Shown one piece after another: positions 1 through 13,851 of a stretch of DNA of 59,844 nt. The position numbers and the translations under genes are program-made. The DNA lies in NCBI GenBank assembly GCA_963803975.1, contig CAWDOY010000023.1, positions 1 through 59,844 on the forward strand, written 5' to 3'. Within the stretch, counting starts at the first letter, position 1. Each line of letters starts with the position of its first letter. Below the pieces are notes generated by a model, which did no database searches, was not told where the DNA came from, and worked only from the letters and a program-made list of their open reading frames with translations. This DNA is from an uncultured delta proteobacterium (GTDB taxonomy: Bacteria; Desulfobacterota; WTBG01; CAIYCZ01).

Positions 1-541
1 CCAGCCAGCAGCCCTGGCAATTTATTGTCCTCACCAATGACGCGCTTAAAACCGTGTGCCGGGTAATTGAAGACAACTTTACCGAGGCTGCGGCAAAAAT
101 GGCATCACGCCTGCGCCTGCCGTCAGCGGACCTTTGGCGAAGGTTTTAAAAGAGCGCAAAGACCGTTCCTTTGGTGAAATGCTTTCGTTTCTCAAGGAAA
201 AAAATGTGGACCTGAAGGCTATAGGAAGGGGCAACTTTATATTCCACAATGCGCCCATGGGGATACTCTTTGCTACCTATCCCTGCAAGGACCAGAACTT
301 TCTTAAGTCAACAATTGCAGCCATGCAGACCTTTCTGCTGGCCGCAACAGCCCGGGGGCTGGGCACCTGCTGGATGAATGCGGTCTCCATCTGCCAGGAA
401 TATATCAAAGAAGCACTGAACCTTGAACCAGAGCTTATTCTGGTGGACGGCGTCGCCGTGGGCTATCCGGTTGCAGATTCTCCGCTCAACCAGATTCCCC
501 GGCACCGTCTGCCGGTGGAGGAGGTAACGGTTTTCCTATAA
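1..541 (+). CDS. Nitroreductase family protein, 5'-truncated by the window edge, apparent frameshift near 100-135
   Basis: Frame from nt 3 reads SQQPWQFIVL (nitroreductase N-terminal motif); ORF 134..541 carries FIFHNAP...AAMQTFLLAATARGLGTCW...VAVGYP. Confidence 0.85.
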
Positions 542-604
542 TAAGGGGGCACCATAAAAAAATAAAATGGATTCCGGGCAGGCTGGAATGACCCTTGTTT
601 TTAT

Positions 605-659
605 ACTAAGTCCTACGATTCATAAATTCGGTGACGAATTTACTCACTCAGGACTTAGT
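605..659. repeat. Imperfect palindrome (REP/MITE-like)
   Basis: Outer arms ACTAAGTCCT/AGGACTTAGT and inner arms TAAATTCG/CGAATTTA. Confidence 0.7.
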
Positions 660-766
660 GCTACGGAGTAAGCATTGTAAAGCTTTATTTGGATCACATA
701 TGTCACTGTATTTGCGAATCGAAGCACTAAGCATATAATTTTTATTTGAAAGAAAGACAACCAACC

Positions 767-1069
767 ATGGCAAAAAAAGACAAGATTCCTGAAAAGTATC
801 GCGTGTGGATTGATGCCAGAAAAAAACACAAATTGTCTCATGCCCATATTCAGATGGCACGGGAGCTTGGTATGAACCCAAAAAAATTCGGAAGTCTTGA
901 TAACCATAAGCAGGAACCATGGAAAGCTCCTTTGCCTGAGTTTATCAAAGACCTCTATTTCAAGCGATTCGGCAAACCGGCACCGGATAATGTGCGGCCA
1001 ATTGAACAGATGGTGCATGAAAAAAAGATGAAAAAAGAGGAGAAAAATAAAAATAAGATCAAGGCCTAA
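767..1069 (+). CDS. Small basic hypothetical protein
   Basis: ORF 746..1069; ATG at 767 gives MAKKDKIPEKYRVWIDARKKHKLSHAHIQMARELGMNPKKFG; protein-like composition, no function recognised. Confidence 0.7.
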   Translation: MAKKDKIPEKYRVWIDARKKHKLSHAHIQMARELGMNPKKFGSLDNHKQEPWKAPLPEFIKDLYFKRFGKPAPDNVRPIEQMVHEKKMKKEEKNKNKIKA

Positions 1070-1142
1070 AAGGGGACACAGATTTATTTCTTGCTCTTGA
1101 TGAGGTGAATAGAAATGGCCTTACTGTAACTGAAGGCACTGA

Positions 1143-2137
1143 TTAGCTATTTAGGTACATCTTTACATATGCCTTGTTCTTGATATCATCGATCCATTTC
1201 TGATAGAGCGTGTCCACCTGCTGCCGGTAGAGGCTGTCCTCAATTTCCTGCCGGTTTTACGACTTTGCCGTTTCCTCGCCCGTATTCTGCTTCTCCACCA
1301 CCTTGATAATATGTATCCCCACCGGGGTCCTGATAACCGAACTCACCTCCCCGGCCTGCATATTGAATGCGGCATTCTCTACAAGCGGCAGCAGCTCGCC
1401 CCGGCCGAAATATCCCATGTCGCCGCCTTCTTTTGCTGAAGCGTCCTGGGAGTACTTGACCGCCAGCTGGCCGAAATCCTCACCGGCCACTATTTTTGCG
1501 CGTATATCCTCCAGCTGCCGGGTCAGCTTTTCCGCCTGCTTGGCCGTCGTTTCCGGCGTTATGGCGATAAATATCTGCTGAATTCTCACCCGCTCCCCCG
1601 GCTTATCCTGGCTCTGGCTCTTGACCCCTTGGCCATAATAGTCCTGTATATCTTTTTCCGTTATGGTGACCTTGGAGCGGACTTCCCGTGCAACCACTTT
1701 TGACATGAGGATTTCGGACTGGAGCATCTTCCGATAGTCTTCAAAGCTGGAGCCGTCTTTTTTCAGAATTTCCTTCAGCTGTTCAAGGGTGAGGTTGTTT
1801 CTTTGCAGGACTTCTTCAACCGAACGGTCAATATCCTTGTCTGTTACCTTGATGTCAAATTCTTTCGCCTTCTGCTCAATCAGCTTTTTTTCGACCAGCT
1901 GATCAATTGCCTTTTTCACCAGTTCCGCGCGCTCTTCATCGCTCAGCGCCTGGCCCTTCTGCTGGCTGTAGGCAGCCAGCATGGGGCCAATCACCTGGTT
2001 AAGGTCAGAGAGCGATATGACGTCATTATTAACGACCGCAATAATTCTGTCGATCAGCTCTTCGGCGGTTGCAGCCGGCACGAAAGCCAGACCGGTCAGC
2101 AATGCTGACAGTAATAGCAGTTAAAGGTACGGGTCAT
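1143..2137 (-). CDS. surA: SurA-like periplasmic chaperone / parvulin PPIase, apparent frameshifts at both ends
   Basis: ORF 1257..2102 has IDRIIAVVNNDVI (SurA N-domain) and FGQLAVKYSQD..GGDMGYF..GIHIIKV (parvulin); C-terminus RQEIEDSLYRQQ...KNKAYVKMYLNS* continues in another frame to 1143; ATG at 2137. Confidence 0.85.
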
Positions 2138-2320
2138 AGTCTCTGGTGTGGTTATTTCCAAGGGTTCATGGTTGTAAATGATCTATTCGTTGCATGACGT
2201 TCGTAGAATGCGACGAGGTAGACAATTCATTGCGCGAGTGCGCGGCAATCTCACAACTTTCGCGGAAATTAACTTTTTACGAGGTTTGCTCAATATTTTA
2301 TTTACTCACAGAATGCCTCT

Positions 2321-5300
2321 CTATTTCAAGATGTTTTTAATTTCAAGAAAATCTTCTCCCCGGCTCTCCCTGATAGCGGGCAAAGAGTTTCAGATCAGGG
2401 GTGAAGCGGAATCGCTCTTGGTCCCGTGACACCAGCGATAAAATCTTGTCCAGAGACCCCTCTGCCTCCCGGTGAAAGGTGAAAATAATCTGCCCGGCCC
2501 CATATTCGACGGAGGTAATCAGGTAGCGCCGCAGCAGGCTTTTGATGCGGGTCATCTCCAGCAGGTTTTCAACCGTCCGGGGAAGCGCGCCGAACCGGTC
2601 AATGAGCTCCCGCTCCAGGTCTGCAATCTCATCCTCGCTGGGTACCAGTGAGAGCCGCTTGTACAGCACCAGGCGCTGGTTGATATCTCCGATATAGTCT
2701 TCCGGTATGTAGGCCGGCACCGGCAGGTTGACGGTCGGCTCAATCTTGGGCGGAAGCTTCTCGCCCTTTAATTCATGGATCGCCTCATCCAGCAGCTGCA
2801 GGTACATATCCAGTCCCACGGCAGCAATCTGCCCTGACTGGGCATGACCGAGGATATTGCCTGCCCCGCGTATCTGCAGGTCGCGCGTTGCGAGGCGGTA
2901 CCCCGAGCCCAGTTCGGTAAATTCGGCAATCGCCTCAAGGCGCCTGGCTGCATCCTGGCTGACCGCTGTTTCTCCGGGGATGAGCAGGTAGGCATAGGCC
3001 CGGAGTTTTCCTCTGCCGACCCGGCCCCTGAGCTGATACATCTGCGCCAGGCCCAGCTTGTCCGCCCGGTTGATGATGATGGTGTTTGCCGCCGGGAAGT
3101 CAAGCCCTGATTCAATAATAGTGGTGCAGAGCAGCAGGTCCACCTCTTTCCTGATGAACTGTATCATCGCTTCTTCCAGCTCCTTTGCGCTCATCTGGCC
3201 GTGGGCAATGCCCAGCCGCGCCTCCGGAACAAGCTTCTTTAAAAAGAGCGCCATGGCGGGAATGGAGCGCACCCGGTCATGGACAAAAAATATCTGGCCG
3301 CCGCGCCGCAGCTCCTGGACCAGGGCCTCACGTATTACGGTCTCATCAAACCGGGTAACCACCGTCCTGATGGAAAGCCGGTCCTGGGGCGGCGTGTTGA
3401 TGACGGAAAAGTCCCGGATCCCGAGCAGCGAGAACTGCAGGGTGCGGGGAATGGGGGTGGCGGTAAGGGTGAGAACGTCAACCGTCCTGCGCATTTTTTT
3501 CAGCACCTCTTTGGCCTTCACCCCGAAACGGTGCTCCTCATCAATCACCACTATGCCCAGGTTATTGAAGACCACGTCTTTCTGCAGGAGGCGGTGGGTG
3601 CCGATCACAATATCGACCGTGCCGGAGGCCAGCCCTTCGATAATCTTTTTCTGATCCCTGGCGCTGCGGAAACGGCTTAAGATATCAACCGTGACCGGGT
3701 ACGCGGAGAAGCGCTCGGTAAAGGTCAGATAGTGCTGCTGGGCAAGCACCGTCGTGGGCACCAGCACGGCGACCTGCGCGCCGTCCATAGCCGCCCTGAA
3801 TGCCGCGCGCAGGGCAACCTCGGTTTTGCCGTAGCCGACATCACCGCATACCAGCCGGTCCATGGGCTTTGCCTCTGACATATCCCGCATCACATCCTCG
3901 ATGGCTGCAAGCTGGTCAGGGGTTTCTTCATAGGGAAAGGCTGCCTCAAATTCCCGGTAGTAATGGTCAACGGCAGCGAAGGGATGGCCCTCGTACACTT
4001 TCCGTGCAGAATAGAGCTCAAGCAGGTCTTTGGCCATTTTCTGGATGGCATCCTTGACCTTCTTTTGCACGTTTTTCCAGGAATAGCCGCCCAGTTTATC
4101 CAGGCGCGGGATGATCTCTTCCGCACCTTCATATTTCTGGATGAGATTGATACGGTCAACCGGCAGGTACAGCTTGTCGCCTCCCAGGTACTCAAGCGCC
4201 AGAAAGTCGCCGCGGATGCCCCCGGCTTCAAGGGTTATAAGCGCCCGGTACCGCCCTATGCCGTGTTCCCGGTGCACCACAAGATTTCCCTCCTTGAGAT
4301 CGGTGAAGCTTGAAATCTCAATGCCTTCTTTGATCCGGGCCGCTGAGGAGCGCCGCTTTTTCTCGCCAAAAATTTCTTCCTCGGTAATAATAATAAGCTG
4401 ACCCGGCTCGTAGCGGAAACCATGTGCCAGCTTGCCGATTTTCAGCTCAACCACGCCCGGCTGCATAGTGAAAAAATCATCCACACCCCGGACCGACGGA
4501 GAGATCCGGACCTGAAAGCCATAATCATGAAACAGGTCGCTGAGCCTCTGACACTGTCCCGGCGTATGGCAGATGAGAAAAATTCTGTTGCCCTCGTCGC
4601 GCCAGGCGCCCATTTTCTCCACCAGCGGGGAGAGCGCTCCCTGAGCTGAATCAAACCGTATCATATCCCGCCGGATATCAGCGTTTGACGCGCTGGAGCA
4701 TATGACCTGAGCGTCGTGCGGCCGTGCCGCATCCAGGCTTTCGGCAATGACCTGCTTGAATCCGGCCTGGTGCTCCTTAAGCAGCTCTTCCGTTATAAAA
4801 AGCTCCTCGGGGGGTGATACCATGCGCCGCTCCTCAAGCGCTCTCAGGTAGTGGGTTGCAGCGTCTTCGCGAAAGCCTTTCTGCGCTTCCGCAAGCGCCC
4901 CTGGTTCGTTCCACACGCACCAGGCCGCAGGCGAAAGATAGTGAAACAGGGTTTCAAGTTCAGGATAGACGAGGGACAGGCCATATTCAATGCCGGCGGG
5001 GAAAAAGCCGCTCTGAATGCTTTCAGCAAACGCTTTCCCCCGGCCCTCCGCGAACATCTTTTTCCGGGGCGGCTCCAGCGCTTTATTACTGAAGGTGGTA
5101 ATCGTCTCCCCGTTCAGAATTGCTTCTTTCACCGGCACCATGAGCGCCTCCTGGTATTCTGCACAGGAACGCTGGGTTACCTGATCAAAGGCCCTGATTG
5201 ATTCAACCGTGTCGCCGAAGAAACTGATGCGCAGCGGCCGGGGATAGCCGGGGGGGAAAATGTCCATCACATCGCCGCGGATGCTCATATCACCCCGGTC

Positions 5301-5865
5301 TTCCACCAGGCTGACCCGCGTATAGCCGCATTCTATCGAGGCCCCGGCTGAGCGGCTCCCGGTCCAGGTCGTCATTGACACGAATGCGCTGACACGCGCG
5401 CAATAAAATATTTCGCGGCAGCGTCTTTTGCAGCAGACCTTCCATACAGGTTATGACCAGTGCCGGCTTCTCCCTCCGGCAGAGCTGATACAAGGTCCAC
5501 ACGCGCTGCCCGCTCACGTCCGGATGCGTTGCAAGATGCTCATAGGGATGTGTTTCCAGAGGTGGAAACACCAGCATATCCTGCGCGTCATAATTCCCGG
5601 CGTCAGCTTCCCGCCCCCTGAAAAATGCTATTTCATCATAGAGGTCAAGCGCTTCATCATGAGAGGAGGTAATGACGAGAAAGGTTTTTTGCAGCTCCTG
5701 AAACAGCAGGGACAGGAAAAACGCCGCAGCAGAGCCTTTAAGGCCGGAGAGGAAAATTTCCGGCTCTTTGCTCTCGATAAGCTCCCGGAGCTTCTTCAGC
5801 TCATTGTTGTGGCTGAAAAATTCCGCGGCACGAGCCGGCATGGTGCTGAATGATTGCTGGGCCAT
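2321..5865 (-). CDS. mfd: Transcription-repair coupling factor Mfd (split over ORFs 5290..5865 and 2343..5381; short C-terminal tail in another frame ending 2321)
   Basis: GDVGYGKTEVA, DEEHRFGV, TLTATPIPRTL, QLRGRVGR helicase motifs; CarD-like VVHREHGIGRY domain; TRCF C-terminal domain. Confidence 0.97.
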
Positions 5866-5877
5866 GAGCGCGGCAGG

Positions 5878-6583
5878 CTATGGTGAGGGATTGGGTGATG
5901 ATAAGGACGGCGGCTCGTAGATCTCCACACCGGGAGGCGGCGTGAACATAAACAGGGAATCGCTCAGCCCCTTATCAATGGTTATGGCGGAAAATTTCAG
6001 CAGCGTACGGTTCCCTATTTCGTCCTCCAGAGATGACCGGGTAATGCAATAGTTTTTGCTGGTCAACCCAGAGCGTAAGGCTTTTAAGGTTTGGATGCGC
6101 AGTCTTTGGTGAGAGCTTGAGGACGATGGTATCTTTCTGCTCCTGAGCTTCTCCGGAGACAACCTGCACATTAAATTTTTCTCTTATTTTCAGCTTTCCC
6201 GCAAAAAGGTCCAGGGTGATATCTGAAGGAAGCTTTGACACATCGTTTTTCAGCACCTGGTTATCTTCAGGAAGATAAAACCACAGATTCTTTCCATCGA
6301 GATAAATTTTCTGCACCGCCGGCTGTGTATACTCCCAGTACATTTTCCCGCCCTTTTTAAAATAAACCATGCCCGCACCCTTTTCCGCGCGCTTGAGAGA
6401 GCCGATGTAGGTCTCCTGCTCGAAACGGGCGGATAAATCCTGCATCGCCCGGTAGCGCTGCTCAAGACCACGGATGCAATCATCAAGCGTGCCTGCGGCA
6501 GAGCTGCTATGGCCGGCAGCGAGGATAGAAAGTACCAGCAGCATAAGCAGGGTGTTATTGGTATCGGGTTTCTTTTTCAGCAT
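5878..6583 (-). CDS. lolA: Outer-membrane lipoprotein carrier LolA family, apparent frameshift near 6040
   Basis: LSARFEQET..G.VYFKKGGKMYWEY..DGKNLWFY; C-terminal EIGNRTLLKFS..FMFTPPPGVEI in ORF 5878..6171; directly downstream of ftsK. Confidence 0.88.
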
Positions 6584-6653
6584 GGTTGTCAACTGTTCCT
6601 GTATAAGGGTTATCTGAATAGCGTCTGCGCACAGCAGCCTTCCCGTTCTTTTA

Positions 6654-9010
6654 TTATAATCTGTTGATTAACACATGGCGTGGTTTGACCCCGTCACTGG
6701 GGCCCACGACACCCTGCTCTTCCATCTTTTCTATCATCCGGGCGGCCCGGTTATAGCCCACCCGGAGCCTGCGCTGCAGCATGGAAATTGATGCCTGGCC
6801 GGTCTCTGCAACAAGCGCCACGGCCTGATCATAGAACTCATCAAAGTCCTCGTCCGGTCCTTCCGCGTCTTCCGCCTTGGCCGAGAGCAAAATCGATTCA
6901 TCATAGGAAGGGCTCATCTGCTGCTTGAGAAAATCTACCAGCCGGTTAATCTCTTCCTCTGAAAGATAGGCGCCATGTATGCGCTGGAGCTTTGAGGTTC
7001 CCGGAGGAAGAAACAGCATGTCACCCATGCCCAGCAGCCGCTCGGCCCCGATGGTGTCAAGGATGGTGCGGGAGTCCACTTTGGAAGAAACCTGGCACGA
7101 AATCCGGCACGGAAAGTTTACTTTTATGGTGCCGGTTAAAATATCAACTGACGGCCGCTGGGTGGCCACGATGAGATGAATCCCGGCAGCCCGCGCCATC
7201 TGCGCAAGCCGGGCGATGTGCACTTCCACATCGCGGGCGCTGACCATCATGAGATCCGCGAGCTCATCAATGACTATCACGATATAGGGCATTTTGGGGT
7301 CCTGCTCTGCCGGGGGTTCTGTTTCAGTCAGGGCCGCCTTTTTGCCGTTCTTCTCCGGACGCCGTCCCAGTTCTTCGGCAATTTTCTGATTGTAGCGGAC
7401 AATATCCCTGACCCCCTTCTCAGCAAGTTTTTTATAGCGCCGCTCCATTTCTTCTACTGCCCAGCGAAGCGCTATGGCCGCCTTTTTCGGATCGGTCACT
7501 ACCGGATGGAGCAGATGGGGGATCCCTTCATAAAGGGAAAGCTCAAGACGCTTGGGGTCAATCATCAGAAACTTCACTTCATCAGGAATGGCTTTATACA
7601 GGAAGCTGCATATAATAGTATTGACCAATACACTTTTCCCGGAACCGGTAGAGCCTGCTATGAGCAGGTGCGGCATGCGGGCAAGATCACTGATCACCGG
7701 TTTTCCCTCAGTATCTTTACCCAATCCGATCGTAAGCTTTGATCCGGCATTAAGAAACTCTTCCCGGGAAACAATTTCCTTAAAAAAAACTGTCTCCCGC
7801 CGTTTATTGGGCACCTCGATGCCCACGGCCGCCTTCCCCGGGATGGGCGCAATAATCCTGATACTGATAGCCTTTAATGCCAGCGCCAGATCATCCGCGA
7901 GCCCGACGATTCTGGTTATTTTTATTCCCGGGGCTGGTTCAAATTCAAAGCGCGTGATAACCGGGCCGGGACTGATTTCGGTAATTTTGCCGTTAATATT
8001 AAAATCCTCTAATTTCTGGACCAGAATCTGCGCATCTTCTCTGAGTGATTCCTTGCTGACCCGGCCATCCCGTTCCTTCTGATGGGAATCAAGCAGATTG
8101 ATGGAAGGCATCTGCAGCGTGCCTGATATTTTACGCACGGTAGGCTCAAAGGTTATCTTTTCTTCTTCTTTTTCATCATGGTGAGGCTTTATAATTATGT
8201 CATCCCTGCTTACCGGGCTTTCCTTTTTTTTAGGTTGAAATCGTTTCTCAGCGCCGGCTGGTTCAATAGCTGCTTCCGGCAGGCCATCATCAATCACGCT
8301 ATCATCCCACAGCACCTTGTCTGTTATGATTGTTCTCTCTTTTTTTCATCCCCGGGCGCTGCTGTTTCTTCTTGAGGTTGTTTGGAAAATGGCCACTCTA
8401 TTTTCTTTACCGTCCGGGTGATAGCCTGATTTACTTTCTGCCCGCCTTTTACGGAATGCTGGACAAACCGCCTGGAGAGGTTCACATAAGAAATCTTGGA
8501 GATGCCCAAAAACGTGAGCAGGCCGACCAGCATGACAATAAAATACGTTCCAAAGACATTCAGGTATTTCACCATCAGCCGGGAAATAGTATCTCCCAGC
8601 AGCCCCCCCGCTTGAAAATGATAGTTATAGGCATTCATTGTATCGAGGTAGAGGCTTAAAAACAGTATCGCGCAGAGGGAAAAAATGATCCACAGGCCGC
8701 TTTGCAGGTAAAAGGAAAGAGTCGCAGGAGCGGGGAAGAGAATTTTTTTGGCAATAAACAGCAGCGCCACAGGAATTAAAAAAGCGCTAATACCAAATAT
8801 CTGAAACAGCCAGGAAGATATATAGGAGCCGATAATCCCTCCCCCGTTCTGAATTTTTACCGGCATCCGGGAGTATCCCCTGAAAAAAGATGGATCGTGG
8901 GAATCGTAGGTAATGAGACAGCAGACAGCAAAAATCGAAAAACCGATAAGGATGATTCCTGCTATTTCACGCCACAAATAGGGGTGTTTTTTTGAAGATG
9001 CCATATTCAA
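6654..9010 (-). CDS. ftsK: DNA translocase FtsK (N-terminal TM domain 8324..9010 plus motor 6654..8315, apparent frameshift)
   Basis: MPHLLIAGSTGSGKS, IDELADLMM, ATQRPSVD, gamma-domain LQRRLRVGYNRAAR; N-terminal NGGGIIGSYIS TM region. Confidence 0.95.
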
Positions 9011-9168
9011 GTTAACAGGGAATGTAAAGCGCTGGATTGATAAAAATTAATAAAGAAAATCAAATAGTACAATTTTTAAAGTTTACTGTATAATATTTTT
9101 ATAGTCAATCCCAAAATAAGCTTATGGAGCGCCTCCGCCCGCGGTTATCACGCTTCGCATCAAACTCC

Positions 9169-9196
9169 TTGACTTTAGCGGGCAAGCTTGTAGAAT
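9169..9196 (+). promoter_or_regulatory. Putative sigma70 promoter of ssb
   Basis: TTGACT-16 nt-TAGAAT. Confidence 0.45.
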
Positions 9197-9215
9197 GCTG
9201 CCAGTTGCAAAACGT

Positions 9216-9311
9216 TGAATAGGTTAACAGGTGAATTCATTAAATAAAAAATTAAAAAATAATCACCAGCTCACCTATTAACCGATTTACCTATTCACCG
9301 ATTTACCTATT
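9216..9311. repeat. Paired 8-mer tandem arrays (ATTYACCK units and their complements) in the ssb leader
   Basis: gaataggttaacaggtgaat ... AT spacer ... attaaccgatttacctattcaccgatttacctatt. Confidence 0.7.
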
Positions 9312-9324
9312 AAAGGAGTTGGTT

Positions 9325-9744
9325 ATGGCCGGAGTAAACAAAGTAATTCTTCTTGGCAGGCTGGGAAAAGACCCTGAAGTCCGCTACTCAAGCAGCGGCA
9401 CGGCAATAACCAGTTTTAGCATGGCTACCAGCACAACTTTTACCAACAAGGAAGGCCAGAAAGAGGAAAAAACTGAATGGCACAAGATAGTAGCATTCGG
9501 TCGTCTGGGAGAGATCTGCGGAGAATATCTTGCAAAAGGAAAGCAGGTCTACATCGAAGGCCGGATTCAGACGCGTGACTGGGAGGACAAGGAAGGCAAA
9601 AAGCGCTGGACCACCGAGATAATAGTGCAAAACATGCAGCTGCTCGGCGCTCCCGGCGCAGATAAAGACCGATCCTCTTCTTCTGAGCCGCCGCCTATTG
9701 ATGACAGCGCTGTGGGACCGCCTGAAAGTGATGTGCCGTTTTAA
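9325..9744 (+). CDS. ssb: Single-stranded DNA-binding protein
   Basis: [42 protein letters not shown], acidic DVPF tail; RBS AAGGAG. Confidence 0.97.
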   Translation: MAGVNKVILLGRLGKDPEVRYSSSGTAITSFSMATSTTFTNKEGQKEEKTEWHKIVAFGRLGEICGEYLAKGKQVYIEGRIQTRDWEDKEGKKRWTTEIIVQNMQLLGAPGADKDRSSSSEPPPIDDSAVGPPESDVPF

Positions 9745-9778
9745 ATTGAAAGTCTGTAATATAAATTTGTAATTTTAC

Positions 9779-9814
9779 AAAAAGCCCTGTGGTTGTAAGA
9801 CACAGGGCTTTTTT
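9779..9814 (+). terminator. Rho-independent terminator
   Basis: AAAAAGCCCTGTG-loop-CACAGGGCTTTTT. Confidence 0.85.
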
Positions 9815-9960
9815 AGTCAGCTTTATTTTTCTAAAAAATGTGTCCCCTCCCCTCTTGCAATCTCTTTGATTATATTCTTAAATTATGTATACTTAAATCA
9901 AAGCAGCCGCTAATAAAATCCCCCCTTATTTCTTATAAACAGCTCTGAACTGGTGGTGCC

Positions 9961-11178
9961 ATGAAAAAAAAGTGGATTATTGTTCTCCTCATTATAACAG
10001 GGACCTTCACCATCATCTCGGCCCCTGCCCTGTCATCAGCGCAGGATAATCCGGTCTCCATAGTTGAGACGGGAAAGACACCGGGCTTTGAGCCACCCAC
10101 GCTCTATCTTAATAAGCACAGTGCCGCACACCTGCTGCTGCCAAAACTCGCACATAACAGAACCCTGCATGAGCCGTATCTGATTAACCAGGACAAAGAC
10201 CTGGGAGAAGTCGGTGCGCCCATTGACTATCATTTTATGGTTACTATGATCTTTAATCAGGTCAAGGCATTCAACCAGTTTCCGGGTTCCGATGATGATC
10301 CTGATCGACCCTCGCCCGGTTATTCCTGGCAGCTCAAAATTTTTCATCCCGGCTCAACGCCCGGAAAGCTGCCTCCGGAAGGTGCGCCTTATCACGTTAT
10401 CATCTTCTGCAGCGGTGCCGGAGGCTCTGATCCAAAATTCTCCCGTGCAATGGACTGGCTGGGCAATTATTATGCTCAGCGCGGCTACATTGTTGCCATC
10501 CCGGTTTTAATTGGAAATGATGCAGGGATAGCTGACCGGCCTTTTTATGAAATTGCCACTGACATTTATGCGCTTCAGGCAAGCCAGACTATCGACTATC
10601 TCCAATGTAAATTCAGAGGAATATTCAGAAGGTTTATTGATACTGAACAGGTAACACTCATTGGGCATTCGTTAGGCGGGTATGTGGCACAAAAAACTGC
10701 TGCTCAGGATTGCCGTATTGCAAGGCTCTGTCTGCTCTCTTCTGCCTTTGTCTATCAGCCGAGCTGGCCCGGATTTCTCATTGACACCGTTGATACCCAT
10801 GATCTGCTCAATATGTTTCCTGAAAAGCGGGGCATGGCCCTCCACGTCCAGCGGTTCACCAGGCCGCCATATAACATACCCTGCCCTGACTTTGATCCTG
10901 AATGCGACTGGATTCCGCCGGTGGATGGATTCATCACCCAGGTAAATTTGTCTGATGATCCATGGCAACCCCATCAGTGCAATGGAGAACCCTGTGGAGT
11001 CAGGGACGGAACCCTGTATAACTATGTTCTGTATGAAGGCCCCAAACAGGATGGCATTAAGAACAATCCGCTGCTTGACCACACAGCTCTTGCCATACCC
11101 GGTGAGGAGAATGATAAGGGAAGAGAGTTATTGCTGCAGTATCTTGATGGGTTTTTTACCCAGTTCCCGGTGAATTAA
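9961..11178 (+). CDS. Secreted alpha/beta-hydrolase (esterase/dienelactone hydrolase-like)
   Basis: N-terminal signal peptide, VIIFCSGAGG, YAQRGYIVA, nucleophile elbow GHSLGG, late His (LLDHTAL). Confidence 0.75.
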   Translation: MKKKWIIVLLIITGTFTIISAPALSSAQDNPVSIVETGKTPGFEPPTLYLNKHSAAHLLLPKLAHNRTLHEPYLINQDKDLGEVGAPIDYHFMVTMIFNQVKAFNQFPGSDDDPDRPSPGYSWQLKIFHPGSTPGKLPPEGAPYHVIIFCSGAGGSDPKFSRAMDWLGNYYAQRGYIVAIPVLIGNDAGIADRPFYEIATDIYALQASQTIDYLQCKFRGIFRRFIDTEQVTLIGHSLGGYVAQKTAAQDCRIARLCLLSSAFVYQPSWPGFLIDTVDTHDLLNMFPEKRGMALHVQRFTRPPYNIPCPDFDPECDWIPPVDGFITQVNLSDDPWQPHQCNGEPCGVRDGTLYNYVLYEGPKQDGIKNNPLLDHTALAIPGEENDKGRELLLQYLDGFFTQFPVN

Positions 11179-11368
11179 AACCTGGAACTCAAGAAATCAT
11201 GATGTTTAAGAAATAGGAACAACAGCGCCCTTTGTATTGCCATGTATAAAGTACCTAATATTTCGCCAATAATCTCTATCGACCTCCCTTTATTTTTACG
11301 AGCTGACGGGCGAATAAATGTCTTGTACCGTCATATGGTCTGACACCCGCTATTCCAACAGTCTCACT

Positions 11369-11403
11369 AAAAAAGGCCCTGCGATACATTCGCAGGGCCT
11401 TTT
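11369..11403 (-). terminator. Rho-independent terminator of groESL (bidirectional form)
   Basis: AAAAAAGGCCCTGCGA-loop-TCGCAGGGCCTTTT. Confidence 0.85.
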
Positions 11404-11428
11404 GCTTTATCTGTTATCGTTACTACTA

Positions 11429-13078
<1,650 letters not shown>

Positions 13079-13099
13079 CTATATTTGTATTAGGTTAGG

Positions 13100-13390
13100 T
13101 TATTTCTCGATGATGCCCAGTATGTCATCTTCTCGCATGATCAGATGCTCTACCCCGTCAATCTTTACCTCGTTCCCCGCATACTTCCCGAACAGTACCC
13201 GGTCTCCTGCCTTCACATCCGGCACTGACTTGGTCCCGTTCTCCAGCACCTTGCCCGGCCCTACGGCTACTACCTGTCCTTCAACCGGCTTCTCCTTCGC
13301 GCTGTCAGGTATTATTATCCCGCCCTTGGTCTTCTCCTCTTCCTCGATCCTCTTTACTATGATTCTGTCTTGTAACGGCCTGATCTTCAT
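13100..13390 (-). CDS. groS: Co-chaperonin GroES
   Basis: [38 protein letters not shown] before the internal ATG of ORF 13100..13411. Confidence 0.98.
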   Translation of the reverse strand: MKIRPLQDRIIVKRIEEEEKTKGGIIIPDSAKEKPVEGQVVAVGPGKVLENGTKSVPDVKAGDRVLFGKYAGNEVKIDGVEHLIMREDDILGIIEK

Positions 13391-13558
13391 ACGGTGTTCC
13401 TCCTTTACCATTATTAATAGTTAGTTACTTTATGGAAATGAAAGAATGTTTCAAATCTTCGCACTGTTTAAAAAATAATGCGTGGGTTAGTGGATAGAAC
13501 AGGAAAAACTTTGTGCACCTCCTTCTGTCATGAAATAAAAAATCTTGACCTGGCTATA

Positions 13559-13585
13559 TTAGCACTCTTTTACAGAGAGTGCCAA
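13559..13585. promoter_or_regulatory. CIRCE operator (HrcA binding site)
   Basis: TTAGCACTC-N9-GAGTGCCAA, one mismatch from consensus, upstream of groES. Confidence 0.93.
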
Positions 13586-13851
13586 TAATTATTGAACTGA
13601 AGTTTTATTATAAGGTAGAGTATTTGAACTTTTATGATGGAATTTCATGTTCTTCACGGAACAAAAAAAATATAAAATCACGTTCAAACTCTTATTTACA
13701 AAGCTTTTCTCTTGAATTCATTCCTGCTTATTGAAGCGGGCACAGCTCAACTTAAACTGGGCGACTCTGCGTAATCCTTTCTTATAAAGCAAGCATGGTA
13801 TTATAAAATGTGCTCTTAGCATTCCTATAAAATATGCTTACTCTTTTTTAC

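Noticed and set aside
2321..9010. Pseudogenisation or programmed frameshifting of mfd, lolA and ftsK
   Set aside because: lolA and ftsK are normally essential, breaks are scattered across the window, and no shared slippery site is evident; sequencing error is more parsimonious
13487..13531. 14-codon upstream ORF (MTEGGAQSFSCSIH) in the groES leader
   Set aside because: No evident RBS or attenuator; CIRCE already explains the regulation
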